Part shown: piece after piece, positions 28,917 to 38,648 of the stretch | Layout: each line of letters opens with the position of its first letter | Position numbering within the stretch: position 1 is the first letter of the stretch | NCBI GenBank assembly: GCA_028718605.1 | Contig: JAQULM010000001.1 | Location: forward strand, 263,422 to 327,421 | Length of the DNA stretch: 64,000 bases | Direction of reading: 5' to 3' | DNA from: Patescibacteria group bacterium | GTDB taxonomy: Bacteria > Patescibacteriota > Patescibacteriia > UBA10025 > JAHIVO01 | Notes under the pieces: model-generated | Databases searched by the model: none | What the model was told of the DNA's origin: nothing | Seen by the model: only the letters and a program-made list of their open reading frames with translations | Position numbers and translations under genes: made by a program

Positions 28917-29140
28917 AGTAAAAACACCTTTCTGATAAAAGGCGTCTTTACTATGAGCCGTGCAGGGATCGGGTCCTGGGCAGCGCCGAATGCTGCGCCA
29001 GCTCGCATTCGTCGGCGCTTACCTGAAATAAATTCAGGGTTCGCTGCTGCCCTTCGATCCCTACGGAAAAACTTGCTTTTCAGTAAGTAAAAACGCCTTG
29101 CTCGCGAAAGGCGTCCTTACTATGAGCCGTGCAGGGATCG
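28917..29140 (-). repeat. tRNA-Lys 3'-end duplication (55-bp direct repeats, 169-bp period) enclosing a structured element
   Basis: 28917-28971 matches 29086-29140; TTACTATGAGCCGTGCAGGGATCG (24 bp) is identical in both copies. Confidence 0.9.
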
Positions 29141-29195
29141 AACCTGCGACACCCTGCTTAAAAGGCAGGTGCTCTACCAACTGAGCTAACGGCCC
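29123..29195 (-). tRNA. tRNA-Lys (TTT), CCA not encoded
   Basis: GGGCCGTTAGCTCAGTTGGTAGAGCACCTGCCTTTTAAGCAGGGTGTCGCAGGTTCGATCCCTGCACGGCTCA. Confidence 0.96.
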
Positions 29196-29204
29196 GTACC
29201 TGCA

Positions 29205-29277
29205 ATACTAGCAAAAACATATTCCCTGTCAACCTGGCAAATATCACATTGACGTATTGCTACTACTTTGCTAAGGT
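29205..29277. promoter_or_regulatory. Back-to-back promoters for tRNA-Lys (minus) and the porin (plus)
   Basis: Minus strand TTGACA-16-TAGTAT; plus strand TTGACG(29249)-17-TAAGGT; both have an extended -10 TG. Confidence 0.6.
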
Positions 29278-29349
29278 AAGCGAACGGCTTTTTTGTTACG
29301 AAACAGCAAATTAACACTAAAACAATATAGTATCAGTCGGAGGTTTGAA

Positions 29350-30351
29350 ATGAACAGATTGATGATCGTACTCGGATGCATGTTCGCCCTGTACCTACTC
29401 GCTCCGAGCGGATTACTGGCCCAAGCGCCTGCAAGCGCTTCAAAAAGTGACAGCGCCCAGACCGCACCAAAATGGGAACTCAAATACTATGGAGGCTACT
29501 TCCAGTTCCGTTTTGAGCAACCAAAAATGGAGCAGAATGTTAACAACCGCGAAGGTTTCTTCGCAGCTCGCCTGAGGCCATCGGTGGCGATCAAGCGCGG
29601 CCAGTCGCTTACGTTTCTTGCCGAAGCTCAGGTTGGAGACCCGACTATTTCCCTGCAGGCGTATGCGGATATACGCCTTCTGTATCGGCGTATTGATTCC
29701 TCAACAGTCAGGAGCCTGACTATCAGGGTTGGGCAGTTCCCCAGTGAAATCGCCTTGATGACGGGAGGTCCGCGTTTAAAGCCGTGGGTTAATTTTGGGC
29801 TCATGGAGTTTTATACCCCGGTTCAGTACGTTTTCGGCATGCAAACCATGGCAACATGGGGCCGATACAGTTTTTCCGCCGCTGTGATTGATGGCAGTGC
29901 CATGAACAAAGCCGACAACAACGAAGCCAAGGATATCATCTGTGCCGCCCGGGTGAAACTCTCCAGCTTCCTCAACTTCCGGAGCGCGTATCAGACCGGT
30001 TACCAGCCCAATGGCTGGAGGAGTGCCGGATTTATAGGCTTTGAATGTACCATGGACAAGCTGGGATTGAGCGGCGTGCTCGCACTGCATAACCAATTCG
30101 GAATCACCGAGCGCGGCTGGGAGACTTCGGCGATATACGATGCAACAAAACATTTCCACTTGGTCGGGAGAGCTGTGCAACGGACCCAACATGCCCAAGC
30201 CGTGCTCGAGAACAATCTCGCAGCCCAGCACTCAATCGAATGGACCACGGGCATCGAAGCGCTGTCTGGGCCTCTCAAGTTCCAGGTAAACGGCGTCTTC
30301 CAGGGCACCAAGGCCGGACTCGCAGCCGAAATGCAGGTATCGGTGCCGTAA
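29350..30351 (+). CDS. OprO/OprP-like porin (outer-membrane beta-barrel) with a Sec signal peptide
   Basis: LLA|Q signal; GYFQFRF, ARLR, QAY, RVGQF and DG...DNNEAKD..R resemble phosphate-selective porins; SD GGAGG. Confidence 0.7.
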   Translation: MNRLMIVLGCMFALYLLAPSGLLAQAPASASKSDSAQTAPKWELKYYGGYFQFRFEQPKMEQNVNNREGFFAARLRPSVAIKRGQSLTFLAEAQVGDPTISLQAYADIRLLYRRIDSSTVRSLTIRVGQFPSEIALMTGGPRLKPWVNFGLMEFYTPVQYVFGMQTMATWGRYSFSAAVIDGSAMNKADNNEAKDIICAARVKLSSFLNFRSAYQTGYQPNGWRSAGFIGFECTMDKLGLSGVLALHNQFGITERGWETSAIYDATKHFHLVGRAVQRTQHAQAVLENNLAAQHSIEWTTGIEALSGPLKFQVNGVFQGTKAGLAAEMQVSVP

Positions 30352-30380
30352 GCACCACTACCACACACAATGAAGTGAAA

Positions 30381-30412
30381 GAGCCCCCGTGCATGATTGC
30401 GGGGGCTTTTAT
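30381..30412 (+). terminator. Intrinsic terminator after the porin
   Basis: AGCCCCCG...CGGGGGCT stem followed by TTT. Confidence 0.75.
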
Positions 30413-30511
30413 TATGACAGTACTTTGCACGAGTAGTGGACAAAATGTGCATATGCGTTACTTGATTTAAACAACCTCCGACTGTACAATGGTGGCACAG
30501 AGAAATTACAT

Positions 30512-31873
30512 ATGGCCAAGGAAAACATCACCAAACTCCCCCCTCAAAACTTGGAGGCTGAGCAGTCTGTGCTCGGCTCTCTTTTGATAGACAAGGACGC
30601 GATCACCAAGATTGCCGATATCCTCAGACCTGATGACTTTTACAAAGATATCCACGGCATGATCTTTGAGGCGATGCTCGACCTGTATGAACAACGCGAC
30701 CCGATCGACGTCGTATCGCTTTCGAACATGCTGAAGGGTAAAAGCCAGCTCGATACCATCGGCGGCAGGAGCTACCTTGCGAGTCTGGCAAACGCCGTGC
30801 CGTCTTCGTCCCATATCGTCAGCTACGCCCAAATCGTCCAGAAAAAGGCGACTCTGAGAAGAATGCTCGAAGTCGCATCCGAAATCACTGAACTCGGATA
30901 CCAGGAGAACGACAATATTAATGAGCTCCTTGATAAAGCGGAACAGCGGCTCTTCGGGGTATCGCAGAAGTACCTGAAACAAAATTTTATTCCGATAAAA
31001 TCAATCCTGACGGAGGCGTTTGACCGGATTGATGAATTGCACAAAGAGTCCGGCAAACTCCGCGGCATACCGACTGGCTTCCCCGATCTGGATAATATCC
31101 TGGCTGGATTGCAGAAGTCAGACCTCGTTATTCTCGCGGCGCGGCCGTCGGTCGGGAAAACATCTCTCGCGCTCGATATAGCCCGGAATGTAGCCACTAA
31201 AAGTAAAATCCCAGTCGGTATCTTCAGCCTTGAAATGTCCAAGGAACAGCTCGTCGACCGGCTCCTGTGCTCACAGGCAAACGTTGAGCTCTGGAAGATG
31301 CGTACCGGCAAGCTCTCGGAGGATACGGACTTCGCGAATATCGGACATGCCATGGGAGAATTATCAGAAGCGCCGATTTACATCGACGATTCCGCGACGT
31401 CAAATATCATGGAAATCCGGACCAAAGCGCGCCGCCTCCAATCTGAACATAACCTTGGCCTTATCATACTTGATTACTTGCAGCTCATGCAGGGAGAAAG
31501 CTCCTCCGACAATCGTGTCCAGGAAATCAGCCAGATTACGCGGTCGCTGAAAGGCATCGCACGCGAATTGGACGTGCCATTGCTGACGATCTCCCAGCTA
31601 TCTCGCGCCGTGGAATCACGCACGCCTCCAATCCCAAAACTCTCCGATTTGAGAGAGTCTGGCTCCATCGAGCAGGACGCAGACGTCGTTCTGTTCCTCT
31701 ACCGTGAAGGCCTGTATAAGAGAGATTTGGACCCTGAGAATAAAAATATCACCGAAGTGCACATTGCCAAGCATCGCAATGGGCCGACAGGCGTTGTACA
31801 GCTGTATTTCGATGAAAATAAAGTAAGCTTCAGGACACTCGAACGGAAAGTTGACGCAGGAGCGGCATTTTAA
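30512..31873 (+). CDS. dnaB: Replicative DNA helicase
   Basis: PPQNLEAEQSVLG, AARPSVGKT, DYLQL and DLRESGSIEQDAD motifs. Confidence 0.98.
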   Translation: MAKENITKLPPQNLEAEQSVLGSLLIDKDAITKIADILRPDDFYKDIHGMIFEAMLDLYEQRDPIDVVSLSNMLKGKSQLDTIGGRSYLASLANAVPSSSHIVSYAQIVQKKATLRRMLEVASEITELGYQENDNINELLDKAEQRLFGVSQKYLKQNFIPIKSILTEAFDRIDELHKESGKLRGIPTGFPDLDNILAGLQKSDLVILAARPSVGKTSLALDIARNVATKSKIPVGIFSLEMSKEQLVDRLLCSQANVELWKMRTGKLSEDTDFANIGHAMGELSEAPIYIDDSATSNIMEIRTKARRLQSEHNLGLIILDYLQLMQGESSSDNRVQEISQITRSLKGIARELDVPLLTISQLSRAVESRTPPIPKLSDLRESGSIEQDADVVLFLYREGLYKRDLDPENKNITEVHIAKHRNGPTGVVQLYFDENKVSFRTLERKVDAGAAF

Positions 31874-31890
31874 TACGAATAATTAACCCC

Positions 31891-32187
31891 ATGTTTGAGA
31901 AAATAAAACAGCTGAAAGACCTCCGCGAACGTGCGCAGCAAATGAAAACGATGCTGGCGCAGGAAAAAGTTCAGGGAGAGGGCGGCAGCGGTAAAGTCCG
32001 GATAGCAATGGACGGCAACCAAGAAGTACTCGCCGTAGAAATCAGCCCGGAATTACTGAACCCGAGCGAGAAGGAAACAGTTGAAAAATACATAAAAGAA
32101 GCGGTAAACGATGCCCTCAATAAAGTCAGGCGGGTAATGGCGGAAAAAATGCAAAGTACTGGAGGTCTCGGCATGTTTGGAATGTAG
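31891..32187 (+). CDS. ybaB: YbaB/EbfC nucleoid-associated protein
   Basis: GGSGKV...G.QEV..VEI...L...AVNDA pattern; adjacent to recR. Confidence 0.9.
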   Translation: MFEKIKQLKDLRERAQQMKTMLAQEKVQGEGGSGKVRIAMDGNQEVLAVEISPELLNPSEKETVEKYIKEAVNDALNKVRRVMAEKMQSTGGLGMFGM

Positions 32188-32197
32188 CCCTATCACT

Positions 32198-32803
32198 ATG
32201 GCCCACTATCCCGACGCTATCAAAGCATGCATCGCATACTTCAACCGGCTGCCCGGCATTGGCCCGAAATCGGCGGAGCGGATTGTTTTTTATTTGCTCA
32301 AGCAGAACCCCGGCTTCATTGCGGAATTCACTGGCACGATCGGGAGCCTCAAGAAACACATTACCGTTTGCGACAGTTGTTTCAATATCGGCGCTACGAA
32401 CCCGTGCGAAATTTGCGCCGACAAAAAACGAGACCAGCGAACGCTCTGCGTCGTGGCTGATCCGCAAGATATCAGCATCCTGGAGAAAACCGGTGAGTAC
32501 CGCGGCTTGTACCACGTCCTGGGCGGCGTCCTCAATCCGGTTGAAGGGATCACCCCGGACCACATCCGCATCCAGGAACTATTCGCGAGGATAAAGAAAC
32601 ACACACCCCGCATCACTGAGGTTATTATCGCAACGAATCCCGATCTTGAGGGCGAATCAACAGCCCTATACCTGGGAAGGAAACTGAAAGCCGCAGGCGT
32701 CCGCGCTACCCGGCTGGCGAAAGGCCTCCCGATGGGCGCAACGATCGAATACGCAGATGAAATTACAATAACGAGCGCCCTCAAAGGCCGCCAGGATATT
32801 TAA
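32198..32803 (+). CDS. recR: Recombination mediator RecR
   Basis: LPGIGPKSAER, C4 zinc finger, YHVLGG and EGESTA motifs. Confidence 0.96.
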   Translation: MAHYPDAIKACIAYFNRLPGIGPKSAERIVFYLLKQNPGFIAEFTGTIGSLKKHITVCDSCFNIGATNPCEICADKKRDQRTLCVVADPQDISILEKTGEYRGLYHVLGGVLNPVEGITPDHIRIQELFARIKKHTPRITEVIIATNPDLEGESTALYLGRKLKAAGVRATRLAKGLPMGATIEYADEITITSALKGRQDI

Positions 32804-32838
32804 CCGCAGCTCTTCTCCTTCTTCCGAACTCCACCACG

Positions 32839-33159
32839 TCAGGCTGCAATGCCGACTGATGCGATTTTTACGCGCGTAAAATGCTGCCGGTGCCCACGGG
32901 TAATATGGTACCGAGTTTTTGCTTTATACTTCACGACCATGACTTTATCCGCCTTGCCATGCTCCTCGATTTTCCCCGTGACACGAACTTTCGGGACCGT
33001 TGGCTTTCCGACGATGGTTTTCGCGCCATCACTGTACATCAAAACGTCCTTGAAAGTTACCGTTGACCCGACCGTTCCCGCGATTGTTTCAAATCGTATC
33101 GATTTTCCCTCATGAACGCGATACTGCTTGCCTCCCTGGCTGATGATTGCAAATTTCAT
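32839..33159 (-). CDS. rplU: 50S ribosomal protein bL21
   Basis: AIISQGGKQYRV and GHRQ motifs; start placed at MKFAII. Confidence 0.95.
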   Translation of the reverse strand: MKFAIISQGGKQYRVHEGKSIRFETIAGTVGSTVTFKDVLMYSDGAKTIVGKPTVPKVRVTGKIEEHGKADKVMVVKYKAKTRYHITRGHRQHFTRVKIASVGIAA

Positions 33160-33226
33160 ATGGTACAAAAATAAAACGTGTAATACCGTATAACAACGCT
33201 CGGTGTGAAGTCTATCATACCGCGTC

Positions 33227-33703
33227 CTACTTGTCAAAAACGATATTCACCAGATCGCCGACCTGAAATCCTCGCGTTTCAGCAGTGCGCGCGCGAATCT
33301 CCAACACATACTGCGATGGGACCGCAGCACTCACCCGTTCCTGTCCTGGCTGCGCTTCCTCCGTAATCGCAGCAATGGCTCCATTGTTTATCCAGATCAT
33401 ATCGAGCGGGATCTGCATCCCCTGCATGGTAAACGTACGCACCTCCGGCTTATCAAAAACGAAGAGCATCCCGCGGTCAGCCGCCAGGCTATCACGGCCT
33501 TTGAGGCCTTTTGTCAGCGCGTGGGCTGTCTTTGCAACCTCAGCCTGGAAAACAGAGTTCCCGATAGTGACCTGCGCAGTTTCATTCACTATCTTCTTCA
33601 GGTAGAATGGAATATCATTCTTGACCGAGGATCCTCCGGCAGCCCAAAATATGATGCCGACGATAATAGCTATTACGATGAGTACCCAGATCGGCTTGCC
33701 CAT
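33227..33703 (-). CDS. DUF192 domain protein
   Basis: GL..R..L..DRGMLFVF, PLDMIWI and YVLEI motifs. Confidence 0.88.
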   Translation of the reverse strand: MGKPIWVLIVIAIIVGIIFWAAGGSSVKNDIPFYLKKIVNETAQVTIGNSVFQAEVAKTAHALTKGLKGRDSLAADRGMLFVFDKPEVRTFTMQGMQIPLDMIWINNGAIAAITEEAQPGQERVSAAVPSQYVLEIRARTAETRGFQVGDLVNIVFDK

Positions 33704-33719
33704 AGTTGTATAAAATTAA

Positions 33720-34865
33720 TCATTGCTTGATCGTAGCATTATCCGGCGACGCTTGACGGATACGGCGCCGGTACACCAATACAATTATGCTCGCGAGGAC
33801 TACCATGCCGCCGCCGACTGCGATGAGCGCGAACATTTTTTCACTGCCCTCGAGGACCAACGCAAGACTTCCGCACAAAATGCTGACACCGTACAGAAAC
33901 AGGACGGCCTTCCGGTGCGTGAAACCGATATCGAGCAGCCGGAAATGGAGGTGTTTCCGGTCGGCAGTCGAGAAAGGCGACTTCTTTTCAAAAAACAGCC
34001 GCCTTCCGATGACCCATGCGACATCCAGGATGGGAATGCCCATGATGAGGAGCGCAGTAGCTATTTTCGCGCCGGAAATGATCGCCAAAACGCCGAGCAT
34101 ATACCCCGTAAATAGGCTCCCTCCCTCACCCAGAAATATTCGGGCGGGATGGAAATTAAAAAACAGGAAACCGAAACACGCGCCGGCAAGTATCACTGCG
34201 AGGAGCGCAGTTTCAGGCTGTGCGACCTCCTGGTGGATGCTCAGAAAAAACAAGACGATGGACCCAATCGTGGTAATCCCAGTAACCAATCCGTCGAGGC
34301 CGTCCAGGAACTTTGTCGTGTACATCATCCCCATGAGCCAGATGATGGCGAATAGGTCCGCGAATAAAATGAAAAAATACGGTACGCCCCCGATCGTCAA
34401 CACATGAATCCTGATTGCGTCGAGATTAATCGTGCCTCCGAGGGGATTGGTGATATAGGTAATGCCGATTCCCGCTCCGATGGTGATAAGTGTCGCGAGC
34501 AGGGGCCAGAGTATCTGTCTCGACGGTTTCAAACCTTTACGATCGTCCAGGAAACCGCCCAGCATCAGCACCAGTCCCGCAACGCCGATTCCGATTAAAT
34601 ATTTTAGCTGCATATAACCGCCAAGAAGCCGGTCAGAAAAGAGCGCATACCCCAGTGTCACCAGCGCCATGGAAAAAAATATCGCGAGCCCTCCGAGCAG
34701 GGGCACTGGCTGTTTCTGTATTTTGCGCTCCGGCGAGTCGCCAGGGCGGTCGACAATCTGCCACCGTAAGGCCAATTTGCGGATTACATACGTCAGGACA
34801 GCTGCGACAATGGCAGTTGCAATAAACGGTATAATATAGTATTTAACGCTGAGGTAGTTCCCCAT
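33720..34865 (-). CDS. WecA/TagO-like undecaprenyl-phosphate GlcNAc-1-P transferase (GT4)
   Basis: PLLGG, LDD, DGLDGL, FLGEGG and DRKHLH motifs. Confidence 0.9.
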   Translation of the reverse strand: MGNYLSVKYYIIPFIATAIVAAVLTYVIRKLALRWQIVDRPGDSPERKIQKQPVPLLGGLAIFFSMALVTLGYALFSDRLLGGYMQLKYLIGIGVAGLVLMLGGFLDDRKGLKPSRQILWPLLATLITIGAGIGITYITNPLGGTINLDAIRIHVLTIGGVPYFFILFADLFAIIWLMGMMYTTKFLDGLDGLVTGITTIGSIVLFFLSIHQEVAQPETALLAVILAGACFGFLFFNFHPARIFLGEGGSLFTGYMLGVLAIISGAKIATALLIMGIPILDVAWVIGRRLFFEKKSPFSTADRKHLHFRLLDIGFTHRKAVLFLYGVSILCGSLALVLEGSEKMFALIAVGGGMVVLASIIVLVYRRRIRQASPDNATIKQ

Positions 34866-35274
34866 ATTTCCTATCCAGATATGATTGTAAAATTATCTGC
34901 GCTGCCTGCTGATCGATTCTGCCCCGCATTCCCCGGTCATGTTGTCCGCCTTCCCTCATCGCCCGAGAAGCAAGGGTGCTGGTACATCGCTCATCTTCAT
35001 ACTCAATAGGCAGTGAAAAGTGTCGCTTGATCTCTGCGGCGAATGCACGAACTTTTTTTACAGCAGCTCCTTCCGAGCCATCCCGCTCAAGGGGGAATCC
35101 GATGACAAACCGCTCAATGCCGTCTTCTTGGCAAATTTTTCGTATCCGATTAATAAGTTCGGGCAATGTCGAATACGATATGGTTTCGCGCGCCAATGCC
35201 ATCCCGCTGCCTTCTATAGAAACAGCGAGCCCAACTCTGCGCTCTCCAAAATCAATCCCCAGAATCTTTACCAT
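34843..35274 (-). CDS. ruvX: RuvX/YqgF nuclease
   Basis: GIDFGERRVGLA, DER.TS and ID..AA.IILQSYL motifs. Confidence 0.93.
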   Translation of the reverse strand: MVKILGIDFGERRVGLAVSIEGSGMALARETISYSTLPELINRIRKICQEDGIERFVIGFPLERDGSEGAAVKKVRAFAAEIKRHFSLPIEYEDERCTSTLASRAMREGGQHDRGMRGRIDQQAAQIILQSYLDRKYGELPQR

Positions 35275-35286
35275 AGAACATTTAAA

Positions 35287-36042
35287 TCAGCGGGCTGATG
35301 TTCGTGTCAGTATTTCGCATCCATCAACGGTTACAACGACCGTATGTTCAAAGTGGGCTGCCAACGAGCCATCAGCAGTAACAATTGTCCAATCATCTCC
35401 CTCAGTGAGCACCTCAGGCCCGCCCATCGTAACCATCGGCTCAATCGCAAGTACCGCGCCTGGCTCGAGCACCGGCCCTTCTCCTGCACGCCCGAAATTC
35501 GGAATACGCGGCTCCTCGTGCACCTCGTACCCGACTCCGTGCCCCACCAAACTCCGTACAACCCCATACCCCTGCTTCTCAACGTATGCCTGAACTGCGG
35601 AGCCGATATCACCAATTGTATTGCCCGGCCGAACTTGTTTGATCGCGATATCGAGCGCGGTGCGCGTCGCAGTAATCAGACGCTGAGTGCGGCGACTAAC
35701 TGCTCCGACCGGAATGGTAACGGCCATGTCTGTATACAGACCGCGATAATTCAAACCAATATCAATCCCGACAATATCCCCCTCATGCATTACAACTTCA
35801 TCGCGTGGGATTCCATGGACAACGGTTTCATTTACTGAAATGCATGTCGTTGCCGGATACCCATGAAATCCCTTGAAGGACGGTTTGCCGCCCGCTGCCA
35901 CAATCATCTGCTCTGCGGCTGTATCAAGCAGCAGTGCCGTGACGCCCGGCTTTACTTTCCCGGCTACAAACTGAACAACTTCAGCTAAAATCCTCCCCCC
36001 CTCCCGGAGTATTGCGATATCGCGAGACGTTTTCAACCTCAT
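35287..36042 (-). CDS. map: Type I methionine aminopeptidase
   Basis: CISVNE.VVHGIP, GHGVG..VHEEP and AHFEHT motifs. Confidence 0.97.
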   Translation of the reverse strand: MRLKTSRDIAILREGGRILAEVVQFVAGKVKPGVTALLLDTAAEQMIVAAGGKPSFKGFHGYPATTCISVNETVVHGIPRDEVVMHEGDIVGIDIGLNYRGLYTDMAVTIPVGAVSRRTQRLITATRTALDIAIKQVRPGNTIGDIGSAVQAYVEKQGYGVVRSLVGHGVGYEVHEEPRIPNFGRAGEGPVLEPGAVLAIEPMVTMGGPEVLTEGDDWTIVTADGSLAAHFEHTVVVTVDGCEILTRTSAR

Positions 36043-36045
36043 ACT

Positions 36046-37275
36046 CTATGATGCGAGCGCTTTAATAATATCCCGGAAGACTACCGCTATCGAAGGCTCA
36101 CCATTCACTTCCAAAAGAATTCCCTGCCGCCGGTAGTATGCAATAACCGGTTTCGTAAGGCGGTTGTATGATACGAGACGCCTATTGATAGCCTGCGGCT
36201 TGTCATCTTCTCGCCGAACCAGCAAGCCTGTGCAGCGGGGGCAGTGTTCGCGGCCGCGCTCAATATCAACTCCGTCGATGAATATTGCCCCGCAACGATC
36301 GCAGGTGCGCCGCAATGACAATCGGCGAATCGTCGTCGAGCGGCGGATTGGGAGGAATATCACCCATGAAATGGCGCGGTGTAATGATGCCATTACCCGA
36401 TCGAGGCTGCGTGCTTGGGCGATAGTGCGCGGGAAACCATCAAACAAAAACCCGCGTGATACGGCCACCCGGCTTAATTCCTGCTGGAGCACTTTTAACA
36501 CAATCGGATCGGGTGCAAGCTTACCCTCAATATTAATAATGCGGTGGACTCTTCTTCCCAGCGGCGATTGCTGGCGAGCTAATTTGCGGAGTATTTTCCC
36601 CGTTTCGACATGGTACAGCCGAAACCGCTCCGCGAGGAGATGTGCCTGGGTACCCTTGCCGGACCCCTGGGGACCGAGGAGAATATAATTTGTGTTCATG
36701 GACATTCGCACACGGCGATGAATTTCGGCAAGTACGTTGTCGATCCGCCGGTATAATTTCGGCACAGAATCATTATTCGGAATATGAAAATCCGCTGCCG
36801 CAATGACGACATCCAGCTGCTGCTGTGTTGCCGATCCGGTGCGCTCTTTGCGTTCCTGCGCCTGGAAGCGTGCATATGAAACATGGTCGTCGATTCTCCC
36901 CCGCCGCTTTGCACGGAGATAGCGCATGCGCTGCGGCGCCGAAACGGCAATAACAAAAACCATGCCATGTCTTTTTAGCGCCGCGATTTCCCCGGGATTG
37001 CGGACGCTCGAAATAATTAACCGTGACACGCGCCGGCATCCAGGACTGAGCAATGTTTTTTCCGCAAGATACCCCACACCAAAACGCGTCCTGAGCTCGT
37101 TGCCGACTCGTATGAGATTATCCCGATTGACTTCGATGTGGCGGCGGCGACAAATGGCACGAAGTGTCTCCGAAAGCGAAAAATGAGCGAATCCTTTGCG
37201 CCCAAGATATGCCGCAGCAGTATCCTTGCCCGAAGAGGAAAGGCCAACAAGAATGATAATGATTTTTTTCTTCAT
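36046..37275 (-). CDS. adk: Fusion of a UPF0200/dephospho-CoA-kinase-like P-loop domain and Zn-lid adenylate kinase
   Basis: N-domain GLSSSGKDT and SVRN..E; C-domain GPQGSGKGTQ, DGFPRT, CDRC/CPRC and RREDD; no stop between the domains. Confidence 0.88.
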   Translation of the reverse strand: MKKKIIIILVGLSSSGKDTAAAYLGRKGFAHFSLSETLRAICRRRHIEVNRDNLIRVGNELRTRFGVGYLAEKTLLSPGCRRVSRLIISSVRNPGEIAALKRHGMVFVIAVSAPQRMRYLRAKRRGRIDDHVSYARFQAQERKERTGSATQQQLDVVIAAADFHIPNNDSVPKLYRRIDNVLAEIHRRVRMSMNTNYILLGPQGSGKGTQAHLLAERFRLYHVETGKILRKLARQQSPLGRRVHRIINIEGKLAPDPIVLKVLQQELSRVAVSRGFLFDGFPRTIAQARSLDRVMASLHRAISWVIFLPIRRSTTIRRLSLRRTCDRCGAIFIDGVDIERGREHCPRCTGLLVRREDDKPQAINRRLVSYNRLTKPVIAYYRRQGILLEVNGEPSIAVVFRDIIKALAS

Positions 37276-37371
37276 ATCGCCTGTAGTATAACGTATTTAG
37301 TTATAAAAAACCACCTCGCAATTATTAATGCAGGGGTGCGTCAAATCATTCGAAGAAGCACATCGTCCCGG

Positions 37372-38646
37372 TTAAAAGCCCTCGTAGTTTCTCATCACGA
37401 GCTGAGATTCAATCTGCTTAACGACTTCAATAACAACTGAAACGACGATCAGCAAGCTCGTGCCGCCAACAACGAGGGTACTGATCTTTGTTGCAGACTG
37501 GATAACGTTCGGCAAAATCGCAATGATACCCAGAAAAAGTGCGCCCCCGAGGATAATCCTATTGCTCACGTATCCCAAAAAGTCGGATGTCGGCTTGCCT
37601 GGCCTGATACCCGGAATAAATCCGCCCTGTTTCTGCAGATTCTCGGCGATCTGCGTCGGATGGAATACAACAGCTGTATAGAAATATGTAAATACAACAA
37701 CAAGGACAAAATACATCACGGCGTAGATGAACTGGTTCTGGAATGTCGCAACGGTCCATGCAGCAGCACTGGCCAGCCATCCGACTGATGAATTGACAAA
37801 AAACTGCGCAATCATCGGCGGAACAAGGACGATCGACACGGCAAAAATAATCGGAATAACACCGGCCTGGTTCACCTTGAGCGGGAGATGGGTATTGACG
37901 CCTCCATACATCCGCATGCCGCGGATGCGCTTCGCGTATGAAACGGGGATATTGCGCTGCCCTTCGGTAATGACGACAATAGCTGCTACGGTCAAGACGC
38001 CGACAACTCCAAATGCTATCAAACCGCCAAGTTGTGTCATGTCGAATGTCGCTAGAGTGCGCTGAATCTGTGTCGGGACATTTGCGACGATACCAGCAAA
38101 TATGATAAGGGAAATGCCATTCCCTATCTTTTTTTCATTGATCAGCTCGCCGATCCACATTAAAAAGATCGTTCCCGCTGTAATAGTAATGATTGTCGTC
38201 GAAAGCTGCATCATGCTCATGGCACCGACAATTCCACGCCCCGACTGCCGGAGAATGGTAATCATGCTATACGCCTGGAGCGCAGCGAGTGGGATGGACA
38301 GCACCCGCTGGTACTGATTGAGTTTTGCGCGCCCTGCCTCACCCTCTTTCTGGAGCTCCTCGAGCCGCGGTATCACCATGGTAAGCAACTGGAAAATGAT
38401 GGAGGCGGTAATATACGGTGCAACGCCAAGCATAACAACAGAAAAGTTTTCCATGCCGCCGCCAGAGAAAAGATTCAGAAGCCCGAGAAGTTGGTTTTCC
38501 TGAAAAAAACTTTTAAGATTTCCTACATCAATGCCAGGGATCGGAATATGCGCCGCAATGCGGAATATAAGGAGCATCGCAAGCACAAACAGTATCTTAT
38601 TGCGAAGCTCTTTGACGACCCATATCTGGCGGAATTTCTCCCACAT
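37372..38646 (-). CDS. secY: Preprotein translocase SecY
   Basis: LGVAPYITASII, GNGISLIIFAGI and IPGIRPG motifs. Confidence 0.98.
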   Translation of the reverse strand: MWEKFRQIWVVKELRNKILFVLAMLLIFRIAAHIPIPGIDVGNLKSFFQENQLLGLLNLFSGGGMENFSVVMLGVAPYITASIIFQLLTMVIPRLEELQKEGEAGRAKLNQYQRVLSIPLAALQAYSMITILRQSGRGIVGAMSMMQLSTTIITITAGTIFLMWIGELINEKKIGNGISLIIFAGIVANVPTQIQRTLATFDMTQLGGLIAFGVVGVLTVAAIVVITEGQRNIPVSYAKRIRGMRMYGGVNTHLPLKVNQAGVIPIIFAVSIVLVPPMIAQFFVNSSVGWLASAAAWTVATFQNQFIYAVMYFVLVVVFTYFYTAVVFHPTQIAENLQKQGGFIPGIRPGKPTSDFLGYVSNRIILGGALFLGIIAILPNVIQSATKISTLVVGGTSLLIVVSVVIEVVKQIESQLVMRNYEGF

Positions 38647-38648
38647 AC

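Noticed and set aside
28917-29140. Prophage or integrative element at tRNA-Lys
   Set aside because: The repeats are only 169 bp apart and no integrase or phage genes are in the window; kept instead as a mini-element finding
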